Assembly: GCA_050953085.1 (NCBI GenBank) | Contig: JBMNLX010000009.1 | Location: forward strand, 203,411 to 267,410 | From: Bacilli bacterium | Lineage (GTDB): Bacteria; Bacillota_I; Bacilli_A; ML615J-28; CAG-698 | Reading direction: 5' to 3' | DNA length: 64,000 bases | In this document: piece by piece, positions 1 to 9,417 of the stretch | How the letters are laid out: every line of letters starts with the position of its first letter | Numbering within the stretch: position 1 is the stretch's first letter | Made by a program: the position numbers and the translations under genes | The notes under the pieces: generated by a model | What the model saw: the letters and a program-made list of their open reading frames with translations, nothing else | Database searches by the model: none | Told to the model about the DNA's origin: nothing

Positions 1-1136
1 TTTACGGCACAGTGGAAAACATCATAAAGCTTGAGTATTTGCTGCGCCCGTTCGTGAAGAAAGAGCCGGAGGCGAGAATAAAATACCTGCTCTATTTAAG
101 CTTGTACCAAATCGAATATACCGACATCCCGCCTTTCGCCGCGGTCGACGAAGCGGTAAAAATCGCCAAAGAAAAGAATCGTTTCGCCGCTTCGTTCGTA
201 AACGCCGTGCTGCGTAATTATTTGCGCGGCGGGAAACGGGATTTATCGAATCTTCCTAAAAACGAGTATTTGAGCGTCGAGTACTCGCACCCGCTTTGGC
301 TCGTCGATTTTTTCCTTGACGTCTACGGCTATGAGACGACGGAAAAGATCCTGAAGGAAAACAACGCGAGCCGGCCGCTTTCCGTTCGCGTTAACACTCT
401 TAAGACGACGCTGGGCGATGTGGAAGCGGAATTGAGGAAAGACGGCATCGGTTTCGACCGTATTCCGATCGTCAGTTCGGGCCTCTCCGTGATCGGCGAC
501 CTTCACGGGCATCGTTTGCTTCGGGAAGGCAAGTTGGTCTTTCAGGACGGGGCGGCGCAACTCGTCGCCGAGATGATGGCGCCGGATAAGAACGCGAAAA
601 TAATCGACTTATGCGCCGGGCCAGGCGGTAAAACCGCTCATCTTTCGGCGCTGATGAATAACGGCGGCTTGATTTACGCGTGCGATATTCACCGTCATAA
701 AATCGAGCTTATGGATAAACTCTTTTACCGCCTGGGCGTGAGGAATGTGAAAACCGCGCTCGCCGACGCGAGGAAAATAGGCGAGATTTTGGACGAGAAG
801 GATTTCGATTATGTCCTCGCCGACGTTCCTTGCTCGGGATTAGGGGCGTTAAGCGACAGGATAGATTTGAAATACCGGATCAACCGGGAGTCGATCGCGG
901 AGCTTATCGACCTGCAAAGGGAGATTCTCGACAAGACCTGGCCTTTGGTCAAGCCCGGCGGTAAATACGTCTATTCCACGTGCACGATTAACCCCGAAGA
1001 GAACGAAGCGCAGATCGCCGCGTTTTTGGAGCGGACTCCCTTCGCGCGCGTTATCGCCGAGAGAATGATTTTGCCGTTTGAATACCGCACCGACGGTTTT
1101 TACATTTGCATCATGGAAAAACGGGTGGAAAATTAA
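1..1136 (+). CDS. rsmB: 16S rRNA (cytosine-C5)-methyltransferase RsmB/Sun, 5'-partial (frame stays open to window edge)
   Basis: NusB-like N-terminal segment then SAM-MTase motifs DLCAGPGGKT and DVPCSGLG; ~70 aa shorter than typical RsmB, and no in-frame stop upstream of position 12. Confidence 0.85.
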   Translation, partial: YGTVENIIKLEYLLRPFVKKEPEARIKYLLYLSLYQIEYTDIPPFAAVDEAVKIAKEKNRFAASFVNAVLRNYLRGGKRDLSNLPKNEYLSVEYSHPLWLVDFFLDVYGYETTEKILKENNASRPLSVRVNTLKTTLGDVEAELRKDGIGFDRIPIVSSGLSVIGDLHGHRLLREGKLVFQDGAAQLVAEMMAPDKNAKIIDLCAGPGGKTAHLSALMNNGGLIYACDIHRHKIELMDKLFYRLGVRNVKTALADARKIGEILDEKDFDYVLADVPCSGLGALSDRIDLKYRINRESIAELIDLQREILDKTWPLVKPGGKYVYSTCTINPEENEAQIAAFLERTPFARVIAERMILPFEYRTDGFYICIMEKRVEN

Positions 1137-2174
1137 TGAAAGCCAATATTTACGATTATTCCCGCGAATCCTTGGAAAAGTATTTGGAAGAGCGCGGAAG
1201 CAAGAAATTCCGCGCGACGCAAATATTCGAGGCGATATATCGCCACCGCCTGACCGATTTTTCAGCTATCACCAATCTGAAAAAAGAATTCCGCGAGCGA
1301 ATGCGGGAGGAGTTTTATTTCGGGGAATTGGAGACGGTTAAAGAATCGGTGTCCGCCGACGGGACGACAAAATATCTTTTCCGCCTTCATGACCGCAATC
1401 TAATCGAAACGGTCCTGATGCGCCACGATTACGGCAACTCGGTGTGCGTCACGACCCAGGTTGGCTGTAACATGGGCTGCCTTTTCTGCGCGAGCGGCGA
1501 GACGAAAAAGATTCGCGATCTTTCGGCCGGGGAAATGGTCATGCAAGCCCTCGCGGTCGACGAGAAACTGCGCCGCGAAGGCGAGCGCTTAAGTCACGCC
1601 GTTATCATGGGGATCGGCGAGCCGTTTCGACAATTACGAAAACGTCCTGGAGTTTATTAAAATAATCAACGACCCCAAGGGGCTCGCGATCGGGAGTCGC
1701 CATATTACCGTTTCGACTTGCGGGATCGCGCCGAAAATTTATGAATTCAGCGAGTTTCCCCTCCAGGTCAACCTGGCCGTCTCCCTGCATTTCGCGACCG
1801 ACGAAAAACGCGATCGCTACATGCGCGTCAATAAGGCTTATAATCTTAAGACTTTGTTTAAAGCGCTGCGTCATTATTTCGATAAAACCGGCCGGCGGGT
1901 GACGATCGAATATATATTGCTTTCGGGGATTAACGACAGCCTAGAGGACGCCGCCGCCCTGGCGTCGCTCGTTCGGGGTCTTAATTGCTATGTTAATTTA
2001 ATTCCCTATAACGAAACCGGCGTTTTCAAGCGTTCGAGCGTCCAAAAGTCCCGGGCGTTCTTTGATTACCTGATGAAAAGAGGGATTAACGTCGTGACGA
2101 GAAAAGAGCAGGGGCACGATATCGCCGCCGCCTGCGGTCAATTACGGGTCAAGGAGATGATATGCGAGGATTGA
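1137..2174 (+). CDS. rlmN: 23S rRNA m2A2503 / tRNA A37 methyltransferase RlmN (radical SAM), apparent frameshift at ~1625-1628
   Basis: MKANIYDY... with CxxxCxxC radical-SAM motif (CNMGCLFC) and GEPF; reading frame switches after GEPF (extra T in TTT run); downstream frame gives DNYENVLEFIKIINDPKGLAIGSRHITVSTCG... to stop 2174. Confidence 0.8.
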
Positions 2175-3028
2175 TTATCAAAGCCATTAGCGGCGAATAT
2201 ACGATTATCGATCAAGAGAATAAAATCCATGTCGCCAAACCGCGCGGCCTTTTTCGGTTTAAGGAACACGCGCCGAAAGTCGGCGATTGGGTCGAGTTCG
2301 ACGCCAAACATAAAGTGATTCAAAAAATCGCCCAGCGCCGAAACGAACTCAATCGTCCGGTAATCGCCAACGTCGACAAAGTTTTCCTTGTTTTTTCGGT
2401 CAGGGAGCCGGATTTGAATTTGCGTTTGCTTGACCGGTTGCTCGCGATCATCGAGTACATGGATATCGAGATTGTTATTGTCTTTACCAAACTCGATCTT
2501 CTCGCCGACCGCGGCGATTTTGACCAAATTAATGAATATTACCGTTCGATTGGGTATAAAACCTATCTTTCCGGGCTTAACGCGATTCCCGTAAAAGAGA
2601 TAAAAGCGGAAATCGACGGGTATATTTCCGTTTTGGCCGGGCAGAGCGGCGCCGGCAAAAGCACGCTTTTAAACGCCCTGGATCCTTCTTTTCAACTTAA
2701 GACCGACGTTATCTCCCGGGCTTTGGGCCGCGGGAAGCACACGACCCGCCACGTCGAACTTTTAAGGGTCGAAGGCGGCTGGATCGCGGACACGCCGGGT
2801 TTCGGGAACGTCGATTTCGATATCCCCGATTTGTTGACGTTATCGCATAGTTTCCGCGAGTTCTTCGCCCATTCCGACAAGTGCAAATTTAACCGATGCC
2901 TGCACCTTGACGAGCCGGGATGCGCGATTAAAGACATGGTCGCGGACGGCGTTATTTTGCATTCCCGTTATCAAAACTACGCGTTGTTTTACCGGGAAGT
3001 AGAGATTATATTAAAAAATAAATATTAA
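2162..3028 (+). CDS. rsgA: ribosome small-subunit-dependent GTPase A (RsgA/YjeQ/CpgA)
   Basis: G-motifs VLAGQSGAGKSTLLNAL, DTPG; C-terminal Zn knuckle CKFNRCLHLDEPGC. Confidence 0.9.
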   Translation: MRGLIIKAISGEYTIIDQENKIHVAKPRGLFRFKEHAPKVGDWVEFDAKHKVIQKIAQRRNELNRPVIANVDKVFLVFSVREPDLNLRLLDRLLAIIEYMDIEIVIVFTKLDLLADRGDFDQINEYYRSIGYKTYLSGLNAIPVKEIKAEIDGYISVLAGQSGAGKSTLLNALDPSFQLKTDVISRALGRGKHTTRHVELLRVEGGWIADTPGFGNVDFDIPDLLTLSHSFREFFAHSDKCKFNRCLHLDEPGCAIKDMVADGVILHSRYQNYALFYREVEIILKNKY

Positions 3029-3044
3029 AAAAACGGAGGTTAAA

Positions 3045-3689
3045 ATGTTAGTTGCCCCTTCAATTTTGTCAGCTGATTTTTCCAAACTGCTCGAGGAAGT
3101 AAAGGAAGTCGAAAGTTATGGCGCGGATTTGCTTCACATTGACGTTATGGACGGTCATTTCGTGCCCAATATCACCATCGGTCCCGACGTTTACCGTCCC
3201 CTTAAGGGCAAGGTCAATCTGCTTTTTGACGTTCATTTGATGATTGAAAAGCCGACGCTGTATGCGAAGCAATTTATCAAGGCGGGGGCCGACATCATAA
3301 CTTTCCATTACGAGGCGGTAGCGGACGTTGCCAAGACGATTCGTTTTATCCGCAATCTCGGCGCCAAAGTCGGGATATCGATTCGTCCCAAAACCGACGT
3401 TACGCTTTTGGAAAACTATCTTGCCGATGTCGATTTGGTTCTCGTCATGTCCGTCGAGCCCGGGTTTGCCGGGCAGGTCTTTATCGAGGATTCCCTGGAA
3501 AAAATCAAGTATTTAAGCGAGATGAAAAAAGAGCGTGACTTCCAATATTTGATTGAAGTCGACGGCGGTATTAACGCGGAAACCGGACTAAAATGCAAGG
3601 AAGCCGGGGCGGAAATACTGGTCGCGGGGACTTATATTTTTAAAGCGGAGGACCGGCGGGCGGCTGTCGAAAGCCTGAAAAAATTATGA
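3045..3689 (+). CDS. rpe: ribulose-phosphate 3-epimerase
   Basis: N-term LVAPSILSADF...HIDVMDGHFVPN, typical Rpe. Confidence 0.9.
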   Translation: MLVAPSILSADFSKLLEEVKEVESYGADLLHIDVMDGHFVPNITIGPDVYRPLKGKVNLLFDVHLMIEKPTLYAKQFIKAGADIITFHYEAVADVAKTIRFIRNLGAKVGISIRPKTDVTLLENYLADVDLVLVMSVEPGFAGQVFIEDSLEKIKYLSEMKKERDFQYLIEVDGGINAETGLKCKEAGAEILVAGTYIFKAEDRRAAVESLKKL

Positions 3690-4294
3690 TCATAAAAATC
3701 GTTTGCGCCGGCGTCGACGGCTTTAAAAACTTGTACAGCCCCGATCCCGATGAATTTTTAATCGGCGTCGACGGCGGGATCTATCATATTATTGACCGGG
3801 GATTGAACGTCGATCTGGCCGTCGGCGATTTTGATTCCTGCGATATCGGGGAAGTTATCAGACATTGTTCCAATGTAAAGAGATACCCGCGCGAGAAAGA
3901 TTTTAGCGACTTGGAACTCGCGGTCCGGGAAGCGATAACGATGAAAGGCGAGAGGATCGAGATTTACAACGCCACGGGCGGCCGCCTCGACCACTTTATC
4001 GCGGCGTTAAACGTCGTCGCGGCTTATTCCGATTATCGTTTGGTGATGTTTGACGAGCGAAACCGGATTTACGTTATTAGTTCCGACACGGCGGTAAAAA
4101 AGAGCAAATATAAATACTGCTCGTTTTTCGCTCTCGAGAACGGGGCGGAGATTACCCTTTCCGGTTTTAAATACCCGCTCGAGGCCTATCGGCCGCGACC
4201 GTTCGATAATTTGTGCCTAAGCAACGAAATCGTCGGGGAAGAAGGTCTTGTCAAGGTTAACGGCAAAAAAATATTGGTGATCGAAACATTATAG
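3686..4294 (+). CDS. thiN: thiamine pyrophosphokinase
   Basis: IGVDGG...AVGDFDS motif; conserved position after rpe as in B. subtilis yloS. Confidence 0.8.
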   Translation: MIIKIVCAGVDGFKNLYSPDPDEFLIGVDGGIYHIIDRGLNVDLAVGDFDSCDIGEVIRHCSNVKRYPREKDFSDLELAVREAITMKGERIEIYNATGGRLDHFIAALNVVAAYSDYRLVMFDERNRIYVISSDTAVKKSKYKYCSFFALENGAEITLSGFKYPLEAYRPRPFDNLCLSNEIVGEEGLVKVNGKKILVIETL

Positions 4295-4420
4295 TATAAA
4301 CCGGCGGCCATTGACATATAATTAAGTGAATTGAGGGATCGGTTATGAGGATTTATGTCGTAAGGTTGCCAAGGTTTTTATCTTACATTATTTGTAAAAT
4401 AATACAATTGTTTTCAAAAA

Positions 4421-4452
4421 AAGAAAAAAAGGCTGTTTAAGCCTTTTTTTTA
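4421..4452. terminator. bidirectional rho-independent terminator (thiN on + / rpmB on -)
   Basis: A-run, stem AAGGCT/AGCCTT with loop GTTTA, then T-run. Confidence 0.7.
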
Positions 4453-4641
4453 TGCCCTTTCGACTAATCCGGATCTCATAGCGCGGGTTGAAACATATAC
4501 TCTTTTTATTTTTCCGTCTTTGTCTTTGATTCTGATTTTATGGAGATTGGCCTTCCAGCTTCGGCGGGAAGCCTTTAAAGAGTGCGGGCGTTTGTTTCCG
4601 TATACAGTCCCGAGTCCGGTGATATGACATTTGCGGGCCAT
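4450..4641 (-). CDS. rpmB: 50S ribosomal protein L28
   Basis: MARKCHITG...RRSWKANL...RVYVSTRA, 63 aa. Confidence 0.95.
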   Translation of the reverse strand: MARKCHITGLGTVYGNKRPHSLKASRRSWKANLHKIRIKDKDGKIKRVYVSTRAMRSGLVERA

Positions 4642-4745
4642 TCTATCCCTCCTTATTAGGATTTGTCTTTCATACTCATGATATTATATCATAAACGTTC
4701 GCTTAAAGCAAGAAAAATCCTGCGTTTCGGTTAAAACAATGATAC

Positions 4746-5549
4746 TTGAATATTTCGTCAATATGTAATATAATAACTGAAGTATCGTCAAGGAGGGACA
4801 TTTCTTTTGCGAACAGTCCGTATTATCATCCGTTCCAGTTAAGCCGAAAACCGGTTTACGCCAAACGCGGCATGGTCGCCGCTTCCAACCCCTTGGCCGC
4901 GGAAGCGGGGCTTGAGATTTTAAAGCAAGGGGGAAACGCGGTCGACGCGGCGATTGCCGTCTCCGGCGCGCTTACCGATAGCGACGCCGACTCAAGCGGC
5001 ACGGTGTATTTCGCGGTCGCCGACGGCGAGGGGAACATGGTCTCGTACATCCAAAGCAATTACATGGGGTTCGGTTCCGGATTGGTCGTTCCCGGCGCCG
5101 GGATTTCCCTGCAAAACCGCGGTCACACCTTCTCGCTCGATCCCGCCCGCGCTAATTGCCTTAAGCCGGGAAAGAAGACCTATCATACCATCATCCCCGG
5201 ATTTCTGACGAAAGGCGGCCAAGCGGTCGGGCCTTTCGTGGCCATGGGCGGCTTTATGCAGCCGCAGGGGCATCTGCAGTTTATTACGAACAGTATCGAT
5301 TACAATATGAACCCGCAGGCCGCGCTCGACGTCCCGCGCTGGCAATGGATCAAAGGCAAAACCGTCAAGGTCGAACAAAATTTCCCCGACTTTTTAGTTT
5401 CCGGCCTCGCCCGGCGCGGCCATAATGTTCAAGTAGAGAATTCCCCGGTCAGTTTCGGCCGCGGCCAATCGATATGGCGTCAACCGGAAACGGGCGTTTT
5501 GGTCGGGGCGACGGAGTCGCGCGCCGACGGGACTGTCGCCGCCTGGTAA
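4746..5549 (+). CDS. gamma-glutamyltranspeptidase-family remnant: N-terminal ~55 aa of large subunit fused directly to the small subunit (internal ~300-aa deletion); start codon uncertain
   Basis: N-term matches GGT (LEILKQGGNAVDAAIAV); remainder matches GGT small subunit incl. catalytic-Thr region (SGTVYFAV...GSGLVVPGAGISLQNRG...PGKKTYHTIIP); only ~260 aa vs ~530. Confidence 0.6.
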   Translation: MNISSICNIITEVSSRRDISFANSPYYHPFQLSRKPVYAKRGMVAASNPLAAEAGLEILKQGGNAVDAAIAVSGALTDSDADSSGTVYFAVADGEGNMVSYIQSNYMGFGSGLVVPGAGISLQNRGHTFSLDPARANCLKPGKKTYHTIIPGFLTKGGQAVGPFVAMGGFMQPQGHLQFITNSIDYNMNPQAALDVPRWQWIKGKTVKVEQNFPDFLVSGLARRGHNVQVENSPVSFGRGQSIWRQPETGVLVGATESRADGTVAAW

Positions 5550-5590
5550 ATAATTCAGGAGATATTGTCATCTCTGAGGATATTTTGGAC

Positions 5591-5619
5591 TTGCTTAAAA
5601 AAATATCATATGATATAAT
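5591..5619 (+). promoter_or_regulatory. sigmaA-type promoter for fakA (TTGCTT-17-TATAAT)
   Basis: TTGCTT at 5591-5596, 17-nt spacer, TATAAT at 5614-5619, ~37 nt before ATG 5656. Confidence 0.5.
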
Positions 5620-5655
5620 AAAAAAACAGATATACAATAAAATGGGGGCACTTAT

Positions 5656-7332
5656 ATGCAAATTAAGAAGATAGATGGCGCCTTGTTTAAGGCGATGGTC
5701 GCCAACGGCGCCGAAAACTTGAAACTCCATTACAAAGAAGTTGACGCGTTGAACGTATTTCCCGTCCCCGACGGGGATACCGGCACCAACATGAAATTGA
5801 CGATTGACGGCGGCGTAAACGAGATTTACGCTTTAAACGAAACCAACCTTCATGAAGTAGCGAAAAAACTGTCGCGGGGAATGCTGATGGGAGCCCGGGG
5901 AAACTCGGGCGTCATCTTGTCACAATTATTCCGCGGCCTGAGCAAGGGCTTTGAAGGCTTTGCCAAAGCCGACGCGATCCACCTGGCAAGGGCTTTTGAC
6001 GCCGGCGTCAAGCAGGCGTATAAAGCGGTTATGAAACCGGTCGAGGGAACGATTTTAACCGTCGTCCGCGAGGCGACGGAAAAACTCTTGGCGATTTCCT
6101 CGTCGCGGATGACGATTAACGAGTTTTTCTCCGAGTTTCTGGCCGAGGCAAAAGCCTCGCTCGAGCGGACGCCGGAATTATTACCGGTCCTGAAGGAAGC
6201 CGGCGTTATCGACAGCGGCGGCGCGGGACTGGTATATATTCTCGAGGGAATGGCGGAAGCGGTGGAAGGCCGCTTCGTGTCGGAAAGACCGGTTAAGACC
6301 GCCATGCATACCGTCGGAACGCGTTTCGTAAGCAAGGTTGAAAACGTCGAGTTCGGTTATTGCACGGAATTTATTTTGCAATTGTCGCCGGAATACAAGG
6401 ACGAGTTTGAGGAAGAGATGCTCACGAAAATGCTCACGCCTTTGGGCGACTCGATCGTAACCGTCGTGGACGAGGATATCGTTAAAGTGCATATCCACAC
6501 GTTAAAACCCGGAGACATCCTTAACGTCGGGCAAAAATTCGGCGAATACGTACACTTGAAGATTGAAAACATGACGATTCAGCATAACGAAAGCCAGGTC
6601 GCGCACGCCGAAGAAGGCCCGTGCGAATGCGGCGAGGAGCACTACCAGCCGCCGCGACGCCCGGAAATCAGGAAGAAATACGCGATCGTCGTCGTCGCCG
6701 CCGGCAAGGGCTTGATTAACGCCTTTAAGGAAATGGGCGCCGACTTCGTCGTTAACGGCGGGCAAAGCATGAACCCGTCGACGGAAGACTTTATCCGCGG
6801 CTACGACACTTTGAACGCCGAGCATATTTTGGTCTTCCCCAATAACGGCAATGTCATTCTCGCCGCGAGCCAATCGGCGAAGATTTACAGCGAAAGCAAA
6901 GTGCACGTGGTCGAGACGAAAAGCATCGCCCAGGGTTTCGCGGCGCTGACGATGCTTGATCTTAACGGCGAGCCGGAAGAAGTAATCGCCGATATTATGC
7001 CAGTAATCGAAAACGTGACGACCGGGTTGGTGACGTATTCGGTCCGCGATACCGAGTTTAACGGCTTTAAGATCAAGAAAAACGATTATATCGGTATCTG
7101 CGATAACAAAATCGTCGCCACCGGCAAAAAGGCGCTCGACGCCGTTAAAGGCTTGCTTAAGGAAGCCGTGACTGACACGAAAGAAATCATCACCGTGATT
7201 TACGGCGCCGACGTCGGTCAAAGAGAGATAAACGAACTGGTAAAATATATCGAAAGAAATTATGACCAACTTGAGATCGATGTTATCGAAGGAAACCAGG
7301 AGGTCTACAGTTATATTTTGGCAGTCGAATAA
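5656..7332 (+). CDS. fakA: DAK2-domain fatty acid kinase subunit FakA (YloV)
   Basis: N-term VDALNVFPVPDGDTGTNM DAK2 motif; 558 aa; located immediately upstream of recG-plsX as in staphylococci/bacilli. Confidence 0.85.
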   Translation: MQIKKIDGALFKAMVANGAENLKLHYKEVDALNVFPVPDGDTGTNMKLTIDGGVNEIYALNETNLHEVAKKLSRGMLMGARGNSGVILSQLFRGLSKGFEGFAKADAIHLARAFDAGVKQAYKAVMKPVEGTILTVVREATEKLLAISSSRMTINEFFSEFLAEAKASLERTPELLPVLKEAGVIDSGGAGLVYILEGMAEAVEGRFVSERPVKTAMHTVGTRFVSKVENVEFGYCTEFILQLSPEYKDEFEEEMLTKMLTPLGDSIVTVVDEDIVKVHIHTLKPGDILNVGQKFGEYVHLKIENMTIQHNESQVAHAEEGPCECGEEHYQPPRRPEIRKKYAIVVVAAGKGLINAFKEMGADFVVNGGQSMNPSTEDFIRGYDTLNAEHILVFPNNGNVILAASQSAKIYSESKVHVVETKSIAQGFAALTMLDLNGEPEEVIADIMPVIENVTTGLVTYSVRDTEFNGFKIKKNDYIGICDNKIVATGKKALDAVKGLLKEAVTDTKEIITVIYGADVGQREINELVKYIERNYDQLEIDVIEGNQEVYSYILAVE

Positions 7333-7336
7333 TATA

Positions 7337-7356
7337 AGGGCTGACGCCCTTTTTTC
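7337..7356 (+). terminator. rho-independent terminator after fakA
   Basis: AGGGC-tgac-GCCCT followed by TTTTTTCT. Confidence 0.6.
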
Positions 7357-7376
7357 TCTAAAGATGGGAGAATAAG

Positions 7377-9407
7377 ATGAAAAATACTTTATTAAGCAAT
7401 CTTGGCTACTTAACCGCGAAAATGGTCACGACATTGAAAAGACACAATATTCATACCGTCGAGGACCTTTTGCTTAATTTTCCCACCAAATTTAACGATT
7501 ATACCGTCCGCCATATCAAAGACGTTGTTCCCAACACGAACGTGACGATCGCCGGCGTCGTTCAGACGCGGGCGATGATTAAAACCATCCGCCCGAAACT
7601 TGTCTTGCTTAGTTTTTACGCCGACATCGACGGCCGACGAATCCGCGTGTCGATTTTTAACCGCCAGTTTCTGCGGTCGAAAATTCATTACGGCGTTTAC
7701 GTTCGCCTGACGGGGAAATTAAACGACAATCTGAAGTCCTTTACCGCGGCGGAAATTCATTTTGACGAACTAAGCAATAACATCACTCCCGTCTTTAACA
7801 TCAAAGGAATTACCGACGCCAAGATGCTTGATCTTAAAGAAAAAGTCTACGATGATTTTTGCCATCAACTCGAGGACGTTCTGCCGGGGGAAATCAGGGA
7901 AAAATACGGGCTCGTCGGCTACCGGGACGCCGTGCGCTATATTAACGTCCCCGAGGATAACGACGAGATCGCCAGCGCCATCCGGCGGATTAAGTTCGAG
8001 GAATTGTTTTTATACCAACTGAAGATAAAATACTTGTTATATATGCGAAAGAATTTCCCGCAGGGGATCGCCATTCCTTACGACCGGGAGAAAGTCGCGG
8101 ATTTTATCTCGCGCCTGCCGTTTAAACTGACGGACGATCAAATCAAGGCCGTAAACGAGATCTTAGGCGATATCGCCGCGCCCTATCAAATGAACCGCTT
8201 GCTTCAGGGCGAGGTCGGCAGCGGAAAAACCGTCGTCGCCGCGATTTGCCTTTACGCCGTCATTACCGCCGGCTACCAAGGGGCGATCATGGCGCCGACC
8301 GAGGTGTTGGTCCAACAACATTACCGGACGTTTTTACGGCTTTTCGAAGGCGAGCCGGTTAAAATCGTGATGTTATCGTCCTCCGTCGGGCAAAAAGACA
8401 AAAAGGAGATTATCGACGGGCTGGGCGATAAGGATATCGATATCGTTATCGGCACTCACGCCCTCTTCCAAAAAGACGTTGTTTTCGAGCGGCTCGGACT
8501 CGTCATCACCGACGAGGAGCACCGGTTTGGCGTCCGGCAGCGAGTATCGATCGTCGGGAAAGGTCATTTAATCGATCACTTGAAAATGAGCGCGACGCCG
8601 ATTCCCAGGACGCTCGCGATATCGATTCTCGGCGAATCGGATATCTCGGTGATTAAGACTCTTCCGGGAAACAAGAAGGAACCGATCACAAAATACATGA
8701 GTTATCGAGATATGCCGGAAGTGTACGCCCATTTGCGGGCGATGATCGACAAAGGCCAGCAGGCATACGTTATTTGCCCGATGATCGAGGAATCGGAAGT
8801 CATGGATTTACAGAACGCGACCGAGATATACGAGAAATTCAAGGTTCATTTCCGGGGCGTCTGCGAGATCGGCCTCATTCACAGCCGTCTGAAACCGGCG
8901 GAAAAAGAACGGGTGATGAACGACTTCGCGCAAAACAAAACCCAGATCCTCGTCTCGACGAGCGTCATCGAGGTCGGCGTTAACGTGATTAACGCGACGA
9001 CCGTCGTCATTCTGGACGCCGACCGTTTCGGAATCGCCCAGCTCCACCAAATGCGCGGTCGGGTAAGGCGGAGCGACGAGCAGTCATATTGTTTTTTAGT
9101 GAGCGATTCGACCGTTTCTACGTCCGTAGAGCGGCTGAAACTCGTCGCGGAGGTGACGGACGGGTTCATTCTCGCGGAAGAGGATCTCGTGATGCGCGGC
9201 CCCGGCGACTTTTTCGGGGAAAAGCAGACGGGAAACGTGATGTTTAAAATGGCCGATTTGGTTATGGACAAGGATTTGCTCGAAGAGGTTAACGATCTCG
9301 CCGAACGGGTAATCGAAAGCGGCGAACTGTTAAATAACCCCGAATATAAAAAAATCCACGAGATCGTGCACGAGAATTACGTTACCAAAAAAGAGATGCT
9401 AAATTAG
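7377..9407 (+). CDS. recG: ATP-dependent DNA helicase RecG
   Basis: Walker A GEVGSGKT, DEEHRFGV, wedge domain; 676 aa. Confidence 0.95.
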   Translation: MKNTLLSNLGYLTAKMVTTLKRHNIHTVEDLLLNFPTKFNDYTVRHIKDVVPNTNVTIAGVVQTRAMIKTIRPKLVLLSFYADIDGRRIRVSIFNRQFLRSKIHYGVYVRLTGKLNDNLKSFTAAEIHFDELSNNITPVFNIKGITDAKMLDLKEKVYDDFCHQLEDVLPGEIREKYGLVGYRDAVRYINVPEDNDEIASAIRRIKFEELFLYQLKIKYLLYMRKNFPQGIAIPYDREKVADFISRLPFKLTDDQIKAVNEILGDIAAPYQMNRLLQGEVGSGKTVVAAICLYAVITAGYQGAIMAPTEVLVQQHYRTFLRLFEGEPVKIVMLSSSVGQKDKKEIIDGLGDKDIDIVIGTHALFQKDVVFERLGLVITDEEHRFGVRQRVSIVGKGHLIDHLKMSATPIPRTLAISILGESDISVIKTLPGNKKEPITKYMSYRDMPEVYAHLRAMIDKGQQAYVICPMIEESEVMDLQNATEIYEKFKVHFRGVCEIGLIHSRLKPAEKERVMNDFAQNKTQILVSTSVIEVGVNVINATTVVILDADRFGIAQLHQMRGRVRRSDEQSYCFLVSDSTVSTSVERLKLVAEVTDGFILAEEDLVMRGPGDFFGEKQTGNVMFKMADLVMDKDLLEEVNDLAERVIESGELLNNPEYKKIHEIVHENYVTKKEMLN

Positions 9408-9417
9408 GAGAAAAAAT

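Noticed and set aside
4295-4449. 30-codon ORF and TTGACATATAAT sequence between thiN and rpmB
   Set aside because: TTGACA and TATAAT are fused without a spacer, so this cannot be a -35/-10 pair. The short ORF has no RBS and is AT-rich spacer; the region is dominated by the bidirectional terminator.
6502-7269. 255-aa ORF on - strand inside fakA (and similar long antisense ORFs at 26682-27380, 40715-41656, 42539-43297, 35293-35796, 12611-12943 etc.)
   Set aside because: They lie entirely within well-supported + strand genes with recognisable homologs. They are typical GC-rich shadow ORFs without RBS or recognisable domains.
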